NCBI GenBank assembly: GCA_041649475.1
Contig: JBAZNA010000001.1
Coordinates: forward strand, 814,594 to 878,593
Direction: 5' to 3'
From: Patescibacteria group bacterium
GTDB lineage: Bacteria; Patescibacteriota; Patescibacteriia; Magasanikbacterales; GWA2-37-8
DNA: 64,000 nt
Shown: positions 1-9,430 of the stretch, one piece after another
Layout of the letters: each line of letters begins with the position of its first letter
Numbering within the stretch: the stretch's first letter is position 1
Made by a program: the position numbers and the translations under genes
The notes under the pieces: model-generated
Database searches by the model: none
What the model saw: only the letters and a program-made list of their open reading frames with translations
What the model was told of the DNA's origin: nothing

Positions 1-353
1 TTGGAATCACCGACCACATCCGGTGTTATTTTGTCCAAATCGCTGACCATCAACCCCAGTTGGCCCCGGCTGACCACGCCTTGGATGAATTGTTTTTGAC
101 TTTCCCAATCACCTTCACGAAAACAACATTCCACGGCGGCATTGATGTTGCCATCTTTAAGCGCGGAAATAAATTTTGCGTGCGTTTGCTCCGGAGTTTG
201 CGCGGTTAACACATCCTGATTAATTATTTGCTGACCGGTTGTGTCAGTCGCGACCTTGGACTGTTTATTAATAAACCAGCCATAACCAAAAAATACCCCC
301 GCGGTTCCGATGACCAGCAAAAGAACCGCGGCCAAAAAAAACTTTATTCGCAT
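1..353 (-). CDS. hypothetical membrane-anchored protein (3' end of gene lies outside window)
   Basis: Minus-strand ATG at 353-351 reads MRIKFFLAAVLLLVIGTAGVFFGYGWF... with an N-terminal hydrophobic helix and stays open to position 1. Absent from the ORF track because no stop occurs inside the window. Confidence 0.4.
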   Translation of the reverse strand, partial: MRIKFFLAAVLLLVIGTAGVFFGYGWFINKQSKVATDTTGQQIINQDVLTAQTPEQTHAKFISALKDGNINAAVECCFREGDWESQKQFIQGVVSRGQLGLMVSDLDKITPDVVGDS

Positions 354-549
354 AGAATAAAATAAATTAATTATAAGGGCATGGGAGCCCTCCTTTTTGA
401 GAGAAGACCTTTAAAAAACAACCCCGACACAAAAATCGGGGTTACTTTCCCCTCCTTAATTATCAGTATAGCACAGAAAGCAAGAGCTGGCTTGTGTTTT
501 GCTGTGGATAACTCTTGTCTTACTTGAAAAAAAATGTTATGGTTTATTT

Positions 550-1188
550 ATGACTGAAGATTTAGTGAAAAAAACAGCAGATTATGTGCGGCAAAAACTC
601 CACCATGAACCGTCCGGCCATGACTGGTTTCATGTGCAGAGAGTTTGGAAAACTGCTAAATTTATCCAGAAAAAAGAAGGAGGCGATCTTTTGATTATTG
701 AACTGGCCGCCCTGCTTCATAATTTAAAAGAGCACCATTGTTCCCTTTGTCATGACCGAAAGGCCACGCTTGCCGTTAAGGGCATGATGGATGTAATCGG
801 TATAGATGAAGAACTGCAGGACAAAATCATTGAAGTTATTGATGACAGTAAATATAAGGCCGGACAAACCCGTTTGCCAAAAAGCATTGAGGGAAAAATT
901 ATGCAGGATGCCAACTGGCTTGATTCTCTGGGAGCTGTGGGTATTGCCCGCGTCTTTGCCTCCGGTGGATATCATAGCAGACCAATTTATGATCCGGCTA
1001 TAAAAATTCGCAAATATCTAAACTATAGGGAATATTTAGAAAAAAAACAAACCACCAGTTTTAATTATTTACACGAAAAGGTGTTAAAGGTGGCCAAACT
1101 GATGAACACCAAAACAGCCAAACGCCTTGCCCGCGAACGACTGGCCATTGTGCTTAGATTTATAGACGAAATGAAAAAAGAATTATAA
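550..1188 (+). CDS. HD-domain metal-dependent phosphohydrolase
   Basis: Translation MTEDLVKKTADYVRQKLHHEPSGHDWFHVQRVW...LHNL has the H..HD..D signature of HD superfamily hydrolases. Start moved to the internal Met (MTEDL). Confidence 0.65.
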   Translation: MTEDLVKKTADYVRQKLHHEPSGHDWFHVQRVWKTAKFIQKKEGGDLLIIELAALLHNLKEHHCSLCHDRKATLAVKGMMDVIGIDEELQDKIIEVIDDSKYKAGQTRLPKSIEGKIMQDANWLDSLGAVGIARVFASGGYHSRPIYDPAIKIRKYLNYREYLEKKQTTSFNYLHEKVLKVAKLMNTKTAKRLARERLAIVLRFIDEMKKEL

Positions 1189-1222
1189 AAAAACAGGGAC
1201 CGCGTCTTGGACGAGGCCCCTA

Positions 1223-1942
1223 CTACTCAAGCGAAGCCAGAGTCACTTCTGTTTCTATGTCGTAGAATTTGAAGATTTGTTCGGTCCGTAGTTCCTCCAG
1301 GTGGTACAATCTGTCCAAAATGTGACGCTCACTAGGTGGGCTTTTCTTGATCAACCTGCGAAGTGATGACAGGTGGACGTAGACAACCCTGCGGGCCAAC
1401 ATGTCTATACTCTCACAGTCGTGAAAATTCCGACTGTGTTTGTGTTTTCTGTACCAATCTTGTACACCGGGATCTCCCCTGTCCTTAAGCTGAAAACCAA
1501 AGCACTGTACCCACGGAGGCATGCTCTGCAGAACAGCCAAACTGTTATCAAAAACCGCGGCTCCGATGTTCAGGCCAGGATAATTAAGCCCATTAATATG
1601 CACTCCGATCGCCTCGCCCTTCTTTTCCGGTCCGGCACACCTAAAAAAATAACTCTCATCAGGCAGGCCGAGCTGATTAAAGATGTCATTGGAGATAAGC
1701 AAGTGCAAATTTTTCTCAAAGATGTCTCGCCTATGCTCCTTGATATTAGCAACGATGAAGTGGTAGTTATACTTGGGATTGTGCCACAGGATTAACACCT
1801 GGCGGATCAGCTGCACCATTTCGTAGTTCGGCTCGGTGTCTCTGTTGGGAAAATCAGGAAAAAGTACACCACCGACATCAATGTAGATAACATAGACGAC
1901 TTCTTTGAACTTCATTAGTTTTGAAGGAACCAAGCTTCGCAT
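1223..1942 (-). CDS. hypothetical protein, compositionally atypical (GC-elevated) gene
   Basis: 239-aa ORF with visibly higher GC than neighbours. Strong SD GGGAGGGGG lies 3 nt before the ATG. A GC-rich hairpin plus T-run follows the stop. No family recognised. An HAD-like DVGGVL motif is not convincing. Confidence 0.5.
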   Translation of the reverse strand: MRSLVPSKLMKFKEVVYVIYIDVGGVLFPDFPNRDTEPNYEMVQLIRQVLILWHNPKYNYHFIVANIKEHRRDIFEKNLHLLISNDIFNQLGLPDESYFFRCAGPEKKGEAIGVHINGLNYPGLNIGAAVFDNSLAVLQSMPPWVQCFGFQLKDRGDPGVQDWYRKHKHSRNFHDCESIDMLARRVVYVHLSSLRRLIKKSPPSERHILDRLYHLEELRTEQIFKFYDIETEVTLASLE

Positions 1943-1972
1943 GTGCCCCCTCCCGGCATGTTTAAGGTAACT

Positions 1973-3085
1973 TTATTTTACAAAGAGAATACTGTCAAGA
2001 AAATCATCTACCGCTTTAATGAATATTTTTGGTTTTGCCAGATGAACATCATGGATGGAGTTTACTTTTACCACTTTAATATTTTTTACAATTGAACGGA
2101 TTTTCTCTTCGTCACGATCATCCAAGGCGCCGAGCAGTCCCCAAGTTTTATGCCTGGACCAATAGGCATGTATCAATAAAACCGGACATTTAATTTTTTT
2201 CAATGTTTCTTCCGGATCAAAGCCCTCGGTCAATCTGCCGTCAATTGTTGCTTTTGAAAAATCAACATCATACTCACTGATAAATTTTAAACCGGCCCTT
2301 TGATCAAACCGAGCATTAAGCAAATCATATGGCCGGGACGGACGAATTTTTTTATTGAGTTCCAAGCTTATCGCCCTATAACTTGCTATAAAAGAAGGCA
2401 TCATTAAAAGTTTTTCCTTGCCTTCTATCGGAATTCCCTGTTTAGCAAAAAAACCTTTTATGTCTCTAGTTGGCTTTCCCAGCGTTTCTACGGCGGTGTC
2501 AAAAAGGCGATACATGAATTTTTCTTCTTTAATTCTTGGATACATTGAAGAAAAAAGAGGCGGGTCTTCGCTGATTGCCATGGAAACATTTTCAGGAGCA
2601 TTGGCTGCCAGCCATAGAGAAAGCACGGCCCCCGAAGAAAGCCCCGATACAATCGCGGATTTTTTAACAACGTTTTTCAAAAATTCTTTGAGATCCTCTC
2701 CGATTATATTATACGAATATTCTCCCGGGGTGCGCGTTGATTTTCCATGCCCCCGAACATCAACAATAAAAACGTGATAATTTTTTGAAAAATGAGGCAG
2801 CACCAGTTCATACCCCTGCCAGAATTCCATCTGACCCGGAATAAATAACAAGGAAGGACCGTTATCCGGGCCCTCAACATAATTTAAAGTCACTTTTCCG
2901 GTATTGAATTTTTTTTCAGTAAATCCTTTGGGAATGGTCTCAACGGAAAGTCGAAACGGATTAAAAGTTTTTACAAGTAAAAAAACCACTACTCCCAAAA
3001 ATATCCAAAATCCGGGCACATGATAAATTATCACGGCTAAAATCGCCAAGATCCCTAAAGCGCTATAAATAATTGCTTTGCTCAT
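1973..3085 (-). CDS. alpha/beta-fold hydrolase with N-terminal transmembrane anchor
   Basis: GxSxG nucleophile elbow (GLSSG) and HGKS oxyanion region. TM helix after the start. The longer track ORF to 3127 would overlap tRNA-Ser, so the start is set at MSKAII (3085). Confidence 0.7.
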   Translation of the reverse strand: MSKAIIYSALGILAILAVIIYHVPGFWIFLGVVVFLLVKTFNPFRLSVETIPKGFTEKKFNTGKVTLNYVEGPDNGPSLLFIPGQMEFWQGYELVLPHFSKNYHVFIVDVRGHGKSTRTPGEYSYNIIGEDLKEFLKNVVKKSAIVSGLSSGAVLSLWLAANAPENVSMAISEDPPLFSSMYPRIKEEKFMYRLFDTAVETLGKPTRDIKGFFAKQGIPIEGKEKLLMMPSFIASYRAISLELNKKIRPSRPYDLLNARFDQRAGLKFISEYDVDFSKATIDGRLTEGFDPEETLKKIKCPVLLIHAYWSRHKTWGLLGALDDRDEEKIRSIVKNIKVVKVNSIHDVHLAKPKIFIKAVDDFLDSILFVK

Positions 3086-3102
3086 TTTGTGTGTAATAAG
3101 TG

Positions 3103-3193
3103 CGGAGAGGGTGGGATTTGAACCCACGGTACGGGTTTAAAACCGTACAACACATTAGCAGTGTGCCGCTTTCGACCACTCAGCCACCTCTCC
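3103..3193 (-). tRNA. tRNA-Ser (anticodon GCU)
   Basis: Reverse complement folds as a class II tRNA: acceptor GGAGAGG/CCTCTCC, anticodon stem GCACA/TGTGT, loop CTGCTAA, long variable arm, T-loop GGGTTCAAATCCC. No encoded CCA. Confidence 0.85.
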
Positions 3194-3231
3194 ATGAGAT
3201 AGGAACATTATACTTCTAAAATATGCCGAAG

Positions 3232-3885
3232 TCAACCGCTTTTGGCTAACACAAAACCCCGGACCTTATTGGCTCCGTTTTGTTTTAAAACCTTCGCGCA
3301 CTGCGCCATGGTGGCGCCGGTGGTATAAACATCATCAACCAATAAAACATTTTGCGGAGGCGCATCTGCTGATTTCCAGGCAAAAGCGTCTTTTACATTA
3401 TTTTTTCTCTGTTCGCCGGAAAGTTTGGCCTGCTGGACGGTGTTGCGAACCCGAACCAAACCCTTATTTTCAATCGGCAAATCAAAAACTTCAGCCAGGA
3501 GTTCAGCCAAAATCTGCGACTGGTTAAAACCTCTTTCACGCTGGCGGCGCGGGTGAAGAGGCACCGGCACAATTGTAAAACCTGAAACCAAGTCGCATTT
3601 CAAAATAAAACTTTTCCAAATTTCAGCCATCTCACGCGCGTATCCGTATTTAAAACCGCGGATTAATTTGGCAATAAAATCCTGATCATTATAATAAAAC
3701 AAATAAAACAGCCCGTCTAAATCCGTGCCCGCTAAATCAACTGAATCAAAATTTACTTTCGCTGTCTCAATTTTTCCCAAACAGTTTTCACACAGCCACT
3801 CCCCCTCCCGGCCGCACTTGGCGCAAAAAATTGGAAAAAATAAATCTTTTACAAATTTTACAAAAACAAAAAAGCCCCCCTTCAT
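3232..3885 (-). CDS. comFC: ComF family protein (ComFC-like phosphoribosyltransferase-domain competence protein)
   Basis: N-terminal Cys4 zinc ribbon (CAKCGREGEWLCENC) and C-terminal PRTase motif LLVDDVYTTGAT. Confidence 0.7.
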   Translation of the reverse strand: MKGGFFVFVKFVKDLFFPIFCAKCGREGEWLCENCLGKIETAKVNFDSVDLAGTDLDGLFYLFYYNDQDFIAKLIRGFKYGYAREMAEIWKSFILKCDLVSGFTIVPVPLHPRRQRERGFNQSQILAELLAEVFDLPIENKGLVRVRNTVQQAKLSGEQRKNNVKDAFAWKSADAPPQNVLLVDDVYTTGATMAQCAKVLKQNGANKVRGFVLAKSG

Positions 3886-3908
3886 ATATATTATATTTTA
3901 AGCAAACT

Positions 3909-4505
3909 TTATTTCCAAACAAAATCACTAACCAGCCAACTGGTGCCATTTTTCACCATAGACACCGTCACATTCTGATGCAAAGTAGTTGAAACGCCGT
4001 TTTGTTCTTTAATAACCGTTGCCTGCATTTGCACTGTGGCGGACGCGCCATCCCAATCCGACAAATTTGAAGTAATCACCTTTGCGGTCGCGCCGACAAA
4101 ATTGGCGGCCGGGCCGGTGGTAATTTTGGCTTTTAATTTTGACCACAAAGCCGGCGTTACCAAGTCCTGCACGTCTTTAATGTTTTGAAAATTACTGTCA
4201 GTTGAATAAGTGCCATAGCGTTCCGCAAAAATCTTTGCTAGTTGCTCTACACCATTTTGTTCAACCTCCACCGAGGTTAATTTTTTTACTGGCATGCCCG
4301 GCGTCACCGTGGTTGCTCCCTGTCCCAGCTGGGCCGAATTAAAATTATCTTTTTCAACAACACTTCCCGTAGTGGTGGTCGGGTTCTGCGCAATTTGCTC
4401 TTGCGCCGCTTTTTGCTTGGCATTAATTATTAAAAAAACACTGATACCCAAAACTAGCAAAACGACCAAGCTGACAACTACGAAAATTCTGGCGCGTAAA
4501 GACAT
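3909..4505 (-). CDS. bitopic membrane protein, possible VirB8-like T4SS component
   Basis: Single N-terminal TM (IFVVVSLVVLLVLGISVFLII) followed by a ~130-aa extracytoplasmic domain ending in beta-rich WLVSDFVWK. Sits immediately downstream of the VirB4 gene with a 3-nt gap. Confidence 0.4.
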   Translation of the reverse strand: MSLRARIFVVVSLVVLLVLGISVFLIINAKQKAAQEQIAQNPTTTTGSVVEKDNFNSAQLGQGATTVTPGMPVKKLTSVEVEQNGVEQLAKIFAERYGTYSTDSNFQNIKDVQDLVTPALWSKLKAKITTGPAANFVGATAKVITSNLSDWDGASATVQMQATVIKEQNGVSTTLHQNVTVSMVKNGTSWLVSDFVWK

Positions 4506-4508
4506 ATG

Positions 4509-6380
4509 CTATTTTGTTTGTTGTTCAAATTCTTTTTTGGCTTTTTCAATATCCAACAGCTGTTGGGGATTGGTGGTAACAATCTGATCTTCGGTGTAAC
4601 TGGCGACAACCTTGATGGCCGCGTGTTTTGATCCGGCAAAGAAAATCCCCTCGCCTACGCCGCTTTCTAAAAGCAAATATTTTTCACCTTCGGTCAGCAT
4701 AAATGTTTTTTGCACCGTATCAATGGCCGCCGGTGACTGGCGCAGTAATAATTGCAAAGACGAATTAGTGACAATGGCCTGGCCGTATTGCGACCTTAAG
4801 AAATCATTAACATCCTGCGTAATCGTGGTCACGCCCAAGAAATATTTGCGGCAGCGTTTGACCAAAGAAAATATGAACTGGGCGCTGTCTTCGTGTTGCA
4901 TCAGCCACCAGGCCTCATCAATGGCCAAAATGCGCTTTTTGCGCTCGGAACGCACCACGTTCCAAATGTAATTAACAATCGCGTAAATTGCCAAAGGCCG
5001 CAACTCATCTTCCAAATCGCGCACGCTGTATACCACCAATTGATTTTTCATGTCCACGTTGGTGGGCGCGTTAAACAAACCGCTGAAAGTGCCTTCGGTA
5101 AATTTTTTCAGTTTCAAAACCAGTTCATTTGAGCCCTCCATACCTTCCAAAATCTCCTGCAAATCCTGCATAATCGGCGCCTGTACCACGCTCAAATCCG
5201 CTTCCGGCGTAATGTCTTTTTTGGCGTAGGTTTCAATCAAAGCCCGGTCAATGATTGAATCCTGTTCGGTGGTTAACCCGCCGAACATAATACGCAGTAA
5301 GCCCTTGGCGGTAATGACCGCGCTTCGGATAATATCTTCCGTGGAAAATTCCTCGCCGCCGGTTGGCCGCGGCAAATCAAACGGGTTTACCTTGCTTTCC
5401 GATGACAAGGAAATGTTTATATACGTTCCTCCGACCGCTTCGCACAGATGTTTGTATTCCATTTCCGGATCAATCACAATCACATCAACGCCGGTCATCA
5501 TAGTGCGCAAAATTTCTAATTTTATGGTATAACTTTTACCGGCGCCGGCGGTGGCAAACACCACCATATTAGCATTCATCAAAGAAAATCTGTTAAACAA
5601 AATCAAACTGTTGTTGTGGCGGTTAACGCCGTACAAAATTCCGTCATCGGAAGTAAGTTCGGCCGAGATAAACGGAAAAGAGGCCGCTATCGGCGACGAA
5701 TTCATGTTAAAAGCAATCATCAGTTCGTCGTTGGCCAAAGGCAAAGTGGAGTTATATCCCTGTTCCGACTGATACAGCACCTTGCGGCTGGAAATGAGTT
5801 TTGAACCGAAAATATTTTCAACGTCTTCCGAGGTCTGATCAAGTTCTTCTTTGGTTTTGGCGTAAAGCGTCACGTAAAAAGTAAATTGAAAAAAATGCTC
5901 AATGCCTTGGGTGAGATTGTCGCGCAATTGTTCAATGTCGCGCAGCGCTGTTTCGCGAATCGGATCACGTGGTGCGCCTTTTTCCGTGTCAGCGTTTAAT
6001 TGCGCTTCCAAAGCGCCGACTTTGTTGCGCAATTGCTTTAAAATAACGGCCGACTTCACCGGATAAAAGAACATGCCGATATCCATGGTGATTGATAAAT
6101 TCAAAACCGGCGAACTCCAGCCGATGGAAATATACCTCGGATAACTGACCACAAAAATCGTCCGGCAAAATATATCGCCGAGCTTGATATAATTTGACTC
6201 AACATTAAAAGCCGACGGGGCGATCAAGTCCTTAATTGACACCGCTCCCTCGCGATAAAGGCGCTCTTCTTCAAGAGTGACCAATTCTCCGGCCGCCTGA
6301 TTTTTCAGTTTTGTTTCTTCGGTCTCGGGTGCGGGCGCGCCGGATGCCGTTATTTTGCCTAATTGTGGTCTAAAAGCCAT
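4509..6380 (-). CDS. virB4: VirB4/TrbE/CagE-family type IV secretion ATPase (C-terminal ATPase portion)
   Basis: Walker A FATAGAGKSYT and Walker B ILAIDEAWW. Conserved VirB4 C-terminal region (TITQDVNDF). 623 aa is shorter than typical ~800-aa VirB4. Confidence 0.8.
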   Translation of the reverse strand: MAFRPQLGKITASGAPAPETEETKLKNQAAGELVTLEEERLYREGAVSIKDLIAPSAFNVESNYIKLGDIFCRTIFVVSYPRYISIGWSSPVLNLSITMDIGMFFYPVKSAVILKQLRNKVGALEAQLNADTEKGAPRDPIRETALRDIEQLRDNLTQGIEHFFQFTFYVTLYAKTKEELDQTSEDVENIFGSKLISSRKVLYQSEQGYNSTLPLANDELMIAFNMNSSPIAASFPFISAELTSDDGILYGVNRHNNSLILFNRFSLMNANMVVFATAGAGKSYTIKLEILRTMMTGVDVIVIDPEMEYKHLCEAVGGTYINISLSSESKVNPFDLPRPTGGEEFSTEDIIRSAVITAKGLLRIMFGGLTTEQDSIIDRALIETYAKKDITPEADLSVVQAPIMQDLQEILEGMEGSNELVLKLKKFTEGTFSGLFNAPTNVDMKNQLVVYSVRDLEDELRPLAIYAIVNYIWNVVRSERKKRILAIDEAWWLMQHEDSAQFIFSLVKRCRKYFLGVTTITQDVNDFLRSQYGQAIVTNSSLQLLLRQSPAAIDTVQKTFMLTEGEKYLLLESGVGEGIFFAGSKHAAIKVVASYTEDQIVTTNPQQLLDIEKAKKEFEQQTK

Positions 6381-6388
6381 ATAATATA

Positions 6389-7069
6389 CTATTCTACTTG
6401 CAATTGATTAACCGGCCCCAAGTGTTCGCTAAACGCAATATCCGGATTATAGGTTGAATAAAAAAGCTCAATTAGCGACTGGGTGTCTAACCGCACCACT
6501 TCCAAATTCATACTGGCCAAACCGGATTCAATTTGCCGGACTCTCATATCCAAATCATGTTTTCTCTGTTCAAACCGGCTTTCTTTTAGTTTCACGGTCT
6601 TGGCCGGGTTGATAACTTCCGAACTCCGTGACCAAAAACCGCGTTTTTTGTTTGACATGGGATCATAAGGCACAACCACGTAAAATTGCTTGCTCATAAT
6701 TTTCCCTAAACTGACCAACTCGGAAACAAACGACCGGTAATCCGCGATTTGTGCCCGTAGCAGTTCATTGGTCTGCGCGCGCTCCTGCTCCAACAATTTG
6801 GCCAGATACGGTTTGATGTATAACTGTCTGGATTGAATTACAATTTGCAAAGGAAAATCAATTGAATTTAAAAAAGATATATATGAAGAAACAATCGCAT
6901 TTTGCTCGTCTTCATTTTTTAAAGCGAAATTAATACTGGAGACCATCATGACCGCCCGTAAAGTGCCGTCTTTCATCACAATGCTGTCGGATTTAATTTC
7001 CGCGAACGGCAAATGATGCTGGGTTGAAGGGAGCGACTTTTTCTTATTAAGCGCTTGTTTATTTTGCAT
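6389..7069 (-). CDS. hypothetical protein, possibly the detached N-terminal domain of VirB4
   Basis: 226-aa ORF ending 8 nt upstream of the VirB4 ATPase ORF, in a different frame. The combined length of 849 aa matches full-length VirB4. No motif recognised. Confidence 0.45.
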   Translation of the reverse strand: MQNKQALNKKKSLPSTQHHLPFAEIKSDSIVMKDGTLRAVMMVSSINFALKNEDEQNAIVSSYISFLNSIDFPLQIVIQSRQLYIKPYLAKLLEQERAQTNELLRAQIADYRSFVSELVSLGKIMSKQFYVVVPYDPMSNKKRGFWSRSSEVINPAKTVKLKESRFEQRKHDLDMRVRQIESGLASMNLEVVRLDTQSLIELFYSTYNPDIAFSEHLGPVNQLQVE

Positions 7070-7070
7070 A

Positions 7071-7499
7071 CTATTCTTCGGGGTTATAATATCCGCCGGT
7101 GTTTACGATAAGCGATAAATCCCTGATGCGGTTATATGACATTCTGGGCAATTCTTTGACTGCTTCAATCACTTCAACTTTAGACGCGTCCCGAAGTTCA
7201 ACCAGTTCGGCCTGGCTAAAAATTTTCTGCCAAATGCGGCGGCTGGGACGCCTGACGGTTTGAATGATGTTTAAAAGAAAATAATGAAAGGCCTGTCCGT
7301 TTATTTTTACAAAAGCGATAACCAGCGCCGAACCGCCGATAATGGCCGCCAAAAATATAAACAGGGTCAGGTCAGTCAGCTTAAAACAAATAAATAAAAT
7401 CAATCCGGCCGAGAGCAAAATCAAAAATTGTCTGGTCGTCACCGGCCCGAATATTTTGTCCTCAACGTCTATAAATTGCGGCACCACGAATTGTTCCAT
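7071..7499 (-). CDS. small 2-TM membrane protein, VirB3/PrgI-like
   Basis: 142 aa with two adjacent hydrophobic helices (FLILLSAGLILFICF..., FIFLAAIIGGSALVIAFV). Position directly upstream of VirB4 matches Gram-positive-type T4SS gene order. Confidence 0.45.
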   Translation of the reverse strand: MEQFVVPQFIDVEDKIFGPVTTRQFLILLSAGLILFICFKLTDLTLFIFLAAIIGGSALVIAFVKINGQAFHYFLLNIIQTVRRPSRRIWQKIFSQAELVELRDASKVEVIEAVKELPRMSYNRIRDLSLIVNTGGYYNPEE

Positions 7500-7510
7500 A
7501 GGTCTTTACA

Positions 7511-8500
7511 TTATAGCTCTTTTTCCATTTCTATTAAAGCGTCAATTTCACCCAATTGAATCCTGTTTTTATCGGTTAAGGTGGCGGCCAGGGTGCGCCG
7601 GTTAGCCAACGATTCACAAACCGCATTCAGATAATCCAGATAAAGCGGCGACTTATGATAGGCCTCAACCCCGTCCATATACAATAAAAATGATTCATCC
7701 TGCAGATTTAACAATTTTTGTTTTAATCGTTTGGCTGATTCAGCCGGTTTGTCGGATAATTTTCTAAAATCAGAAATGGTCAGGTATTTTATCTCTTCCA
7801 CCGGTCCCATCTCAATCGGAGACGCGGTGATGTCGCGCACAAACGGCTTAATCGCCGGCTGGCTGTTGGATAACGAGAAAGACGGTTCAAACTTTTTTAT
7901 AATTTCTTCTTTTTTGGGCGCATTAAATTTGGGCGCGCTAACCGGATTAACTGCCGGTTTGCGTTCAAAAGGATTAAACGGCGCATCTTTAGTCGGCATT
8001 TCCCGTAGTTCAACTTCCTGGCACGCCTTTAACAATTTTTCGGCCTGTGCCGGCAAAAGTCCGAGACCGCCGTCTTTGGTCTGCCGCACTGCCGTCTCCC
8101 TGGTTTCTTCATCACTGCGCAAATCTTTTAACCGCAACTGAATCACGCTGCGCATTCTGTTTTTAAACTCCTGCGGGATCTTAAAATCAAGTTTGGCCAC
8201 CACCTTGTCCACTTCGCTTTCCCTGGTTTGACTGGTTGTCGGCGCGGAATTATCTTTTAAACCCAACTTTTCTTCCAACAGCGAGCTGGCATCATCGCGC
8301 GTCCAATTTTTTTTCGGTGGCTGGGGCTGGGGTTTTGGTTGTTGCCTAATTGGCGCCGGCGGTTGAACCGGCTTCGGTGTTGGTTTGGGGGCTGGCTGTG
8401 GCGGCGCGTTCTGTTTTCTCAAATCAGAAAGTTTCATCATAACAAAACTGCCGTCTGCTTTTTTTACCCGCACCATTGGTTGTTGATTTTGATCTGGCAT
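7511..8500 (-). CDS. proline-rich hypothetical protein
   Basis: Low-complexity PQPAPKPTPKPVQPPAPIRQQPKPQPQPP tract. Start set at internal Met to avoid an 89-nt overlap with the upstream ORF. Confidence 0.45.
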   Translation of the reverse strand: MPDQNQQPMVRVKKADGSFVMMKLSDLRKQNAPPQPAPKPTPKPVQPPAPIRQQPKPQPQPPKKNWTRDDASSLLEEKLGLKDNSAPTTSQTRESEVDKVVAKLDFKIPQEFKNRMRSVIQLRLKDLRSDEETRETAVRQTKDGGLGLLPAQAEKLLKACQEVELREMPTKDAPFNPFERKPAVNPVSAPKFNAPKKEEIIKKFEPSFSLSNSQPAIKPFVRDITASPIEMGPVEEIKYLTISDFRKLSDKPAESAKRLKQKLLNLQDESFLLYMDGVEAYHKSPLYLDYLNAVCESLANRRTLAATLTDKNRIQLGEIDALIEMEKEL

Positions 8501-8525
8501 ATTTTTTATCCGCTCTCGCGGCGCT

Positions 8526-9419
8526 TTATATAGCCCATTTAAATTTTCCGTCTTTTTCGTCAAAATAATACAGCTCGGCAATTTTTGGATCTTTATATTT
8601 TTCCGATAATTCATTTAACCGGTTTAACACGCCTTCAATATTTGTAAATTCGCCCTGGGGGTTCTTTTTAAATTCAGAGGAGATTTGGGATTTGATTTCA
8701 CTCAAACTTTTTTTATTTTCAACTTTAGGTTGCGGTGGCGCTTCAGTCGCTTCAACCATATCTTGATGCAAATAATTATCTACTGCATTCACAATATTAT
8801 CCTCGTCAACTGTAGAAAAAAATATGGCTAATTCCATAAATCTTTCCATCATAACATTTGGGTCGGCCAAAAAATATTTGGCAATCACCGGATCGTTTTG
8901 AGGATAAATTATTTGCTTTAATTTATTTTCAAAATCCGCTTGCATGAGTGTGTCGGCACTGCGATTGACATTATTCATTTCTTTAATCAGATCAGAGATG
9001 ATAACTTTTTTTCCTTGCCAATCTCCAACCTTTGCCTGTGATTCTAAAAAAACCGGCTTCATTTTCAAACACAGACTTTGCATGTCCGATTTTTCCAGCG
9101 TCTTCATTTCAAAATACTGCATCAACTGTTCAAGGACATCAAAGTCAAGTGCCAAAGCCATGGGAATTTGTCTGGCAACCGCCACATTAACCAAAAAATC
9201 ACGATCTTGCGACCCGAACATTTTCCATGTCAGTTCAGTATAAATTCTAAAGTATGTCCATCTAAATTTTTCATCATCCAAAGATGAACTATTTCTAAAA
9301 AAAGCATCCAAAGATTGCCACGTCTCCTGCATCACGGATATGTTAACATGAGAGTCACGGATTTGCCGTTCAATATTCTCAAATTCTTGTGGTGTAATCT
9401 CGGTTACAGTTAACCTCAT
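8526..9419 (-). CDS. hypothetical protein (T4SS-like cluster member)
   Basis: 297-aa ORF, no TM, no recognisable motif. Tightly packed in the same-strand cluster. Confidence 0.45.
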   Translation of the reverse strand: MRLTVTEITPQEFENIERQIRDSHVNISVMQETWQSLDAFFRNSSSLDDEKFRWTYFRIYTELTWKMFGSQDRDFLVNVAVARQIPMALALDFDVLEQLMQYFEMKTLEKSDMQSLCLKMKPVFLESQAKVGDWQGKKVIISDLIKEMNNVNRSADTLMQADFENKLKQIIYPQNDPVIAKYFLADPNVMMERFMELAIFFSTVDEDNIVNAVDNYLHQDMVEATEAPPQPKVENKKSLSEIKSQISSEFKKNPQGEFTNIEGVLNRLNELSEKYKDPKIAELYYFDEKDGKFKWAI

Positions 9420-9430
9420 ATATTGTTGTT

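Noticed and set aside
354-549. Hairpin AACCCCGA-cacaaaaa-TCGGGGTT at ~397-421 as a functional terminator
   Set aside because: The T-run lies on the minus strand, but the nearest minus-strand gene upstream is 800 nt away with a + strand gene in between. It may be a weak bidirectional terminator or insulator, and its role is unclear.
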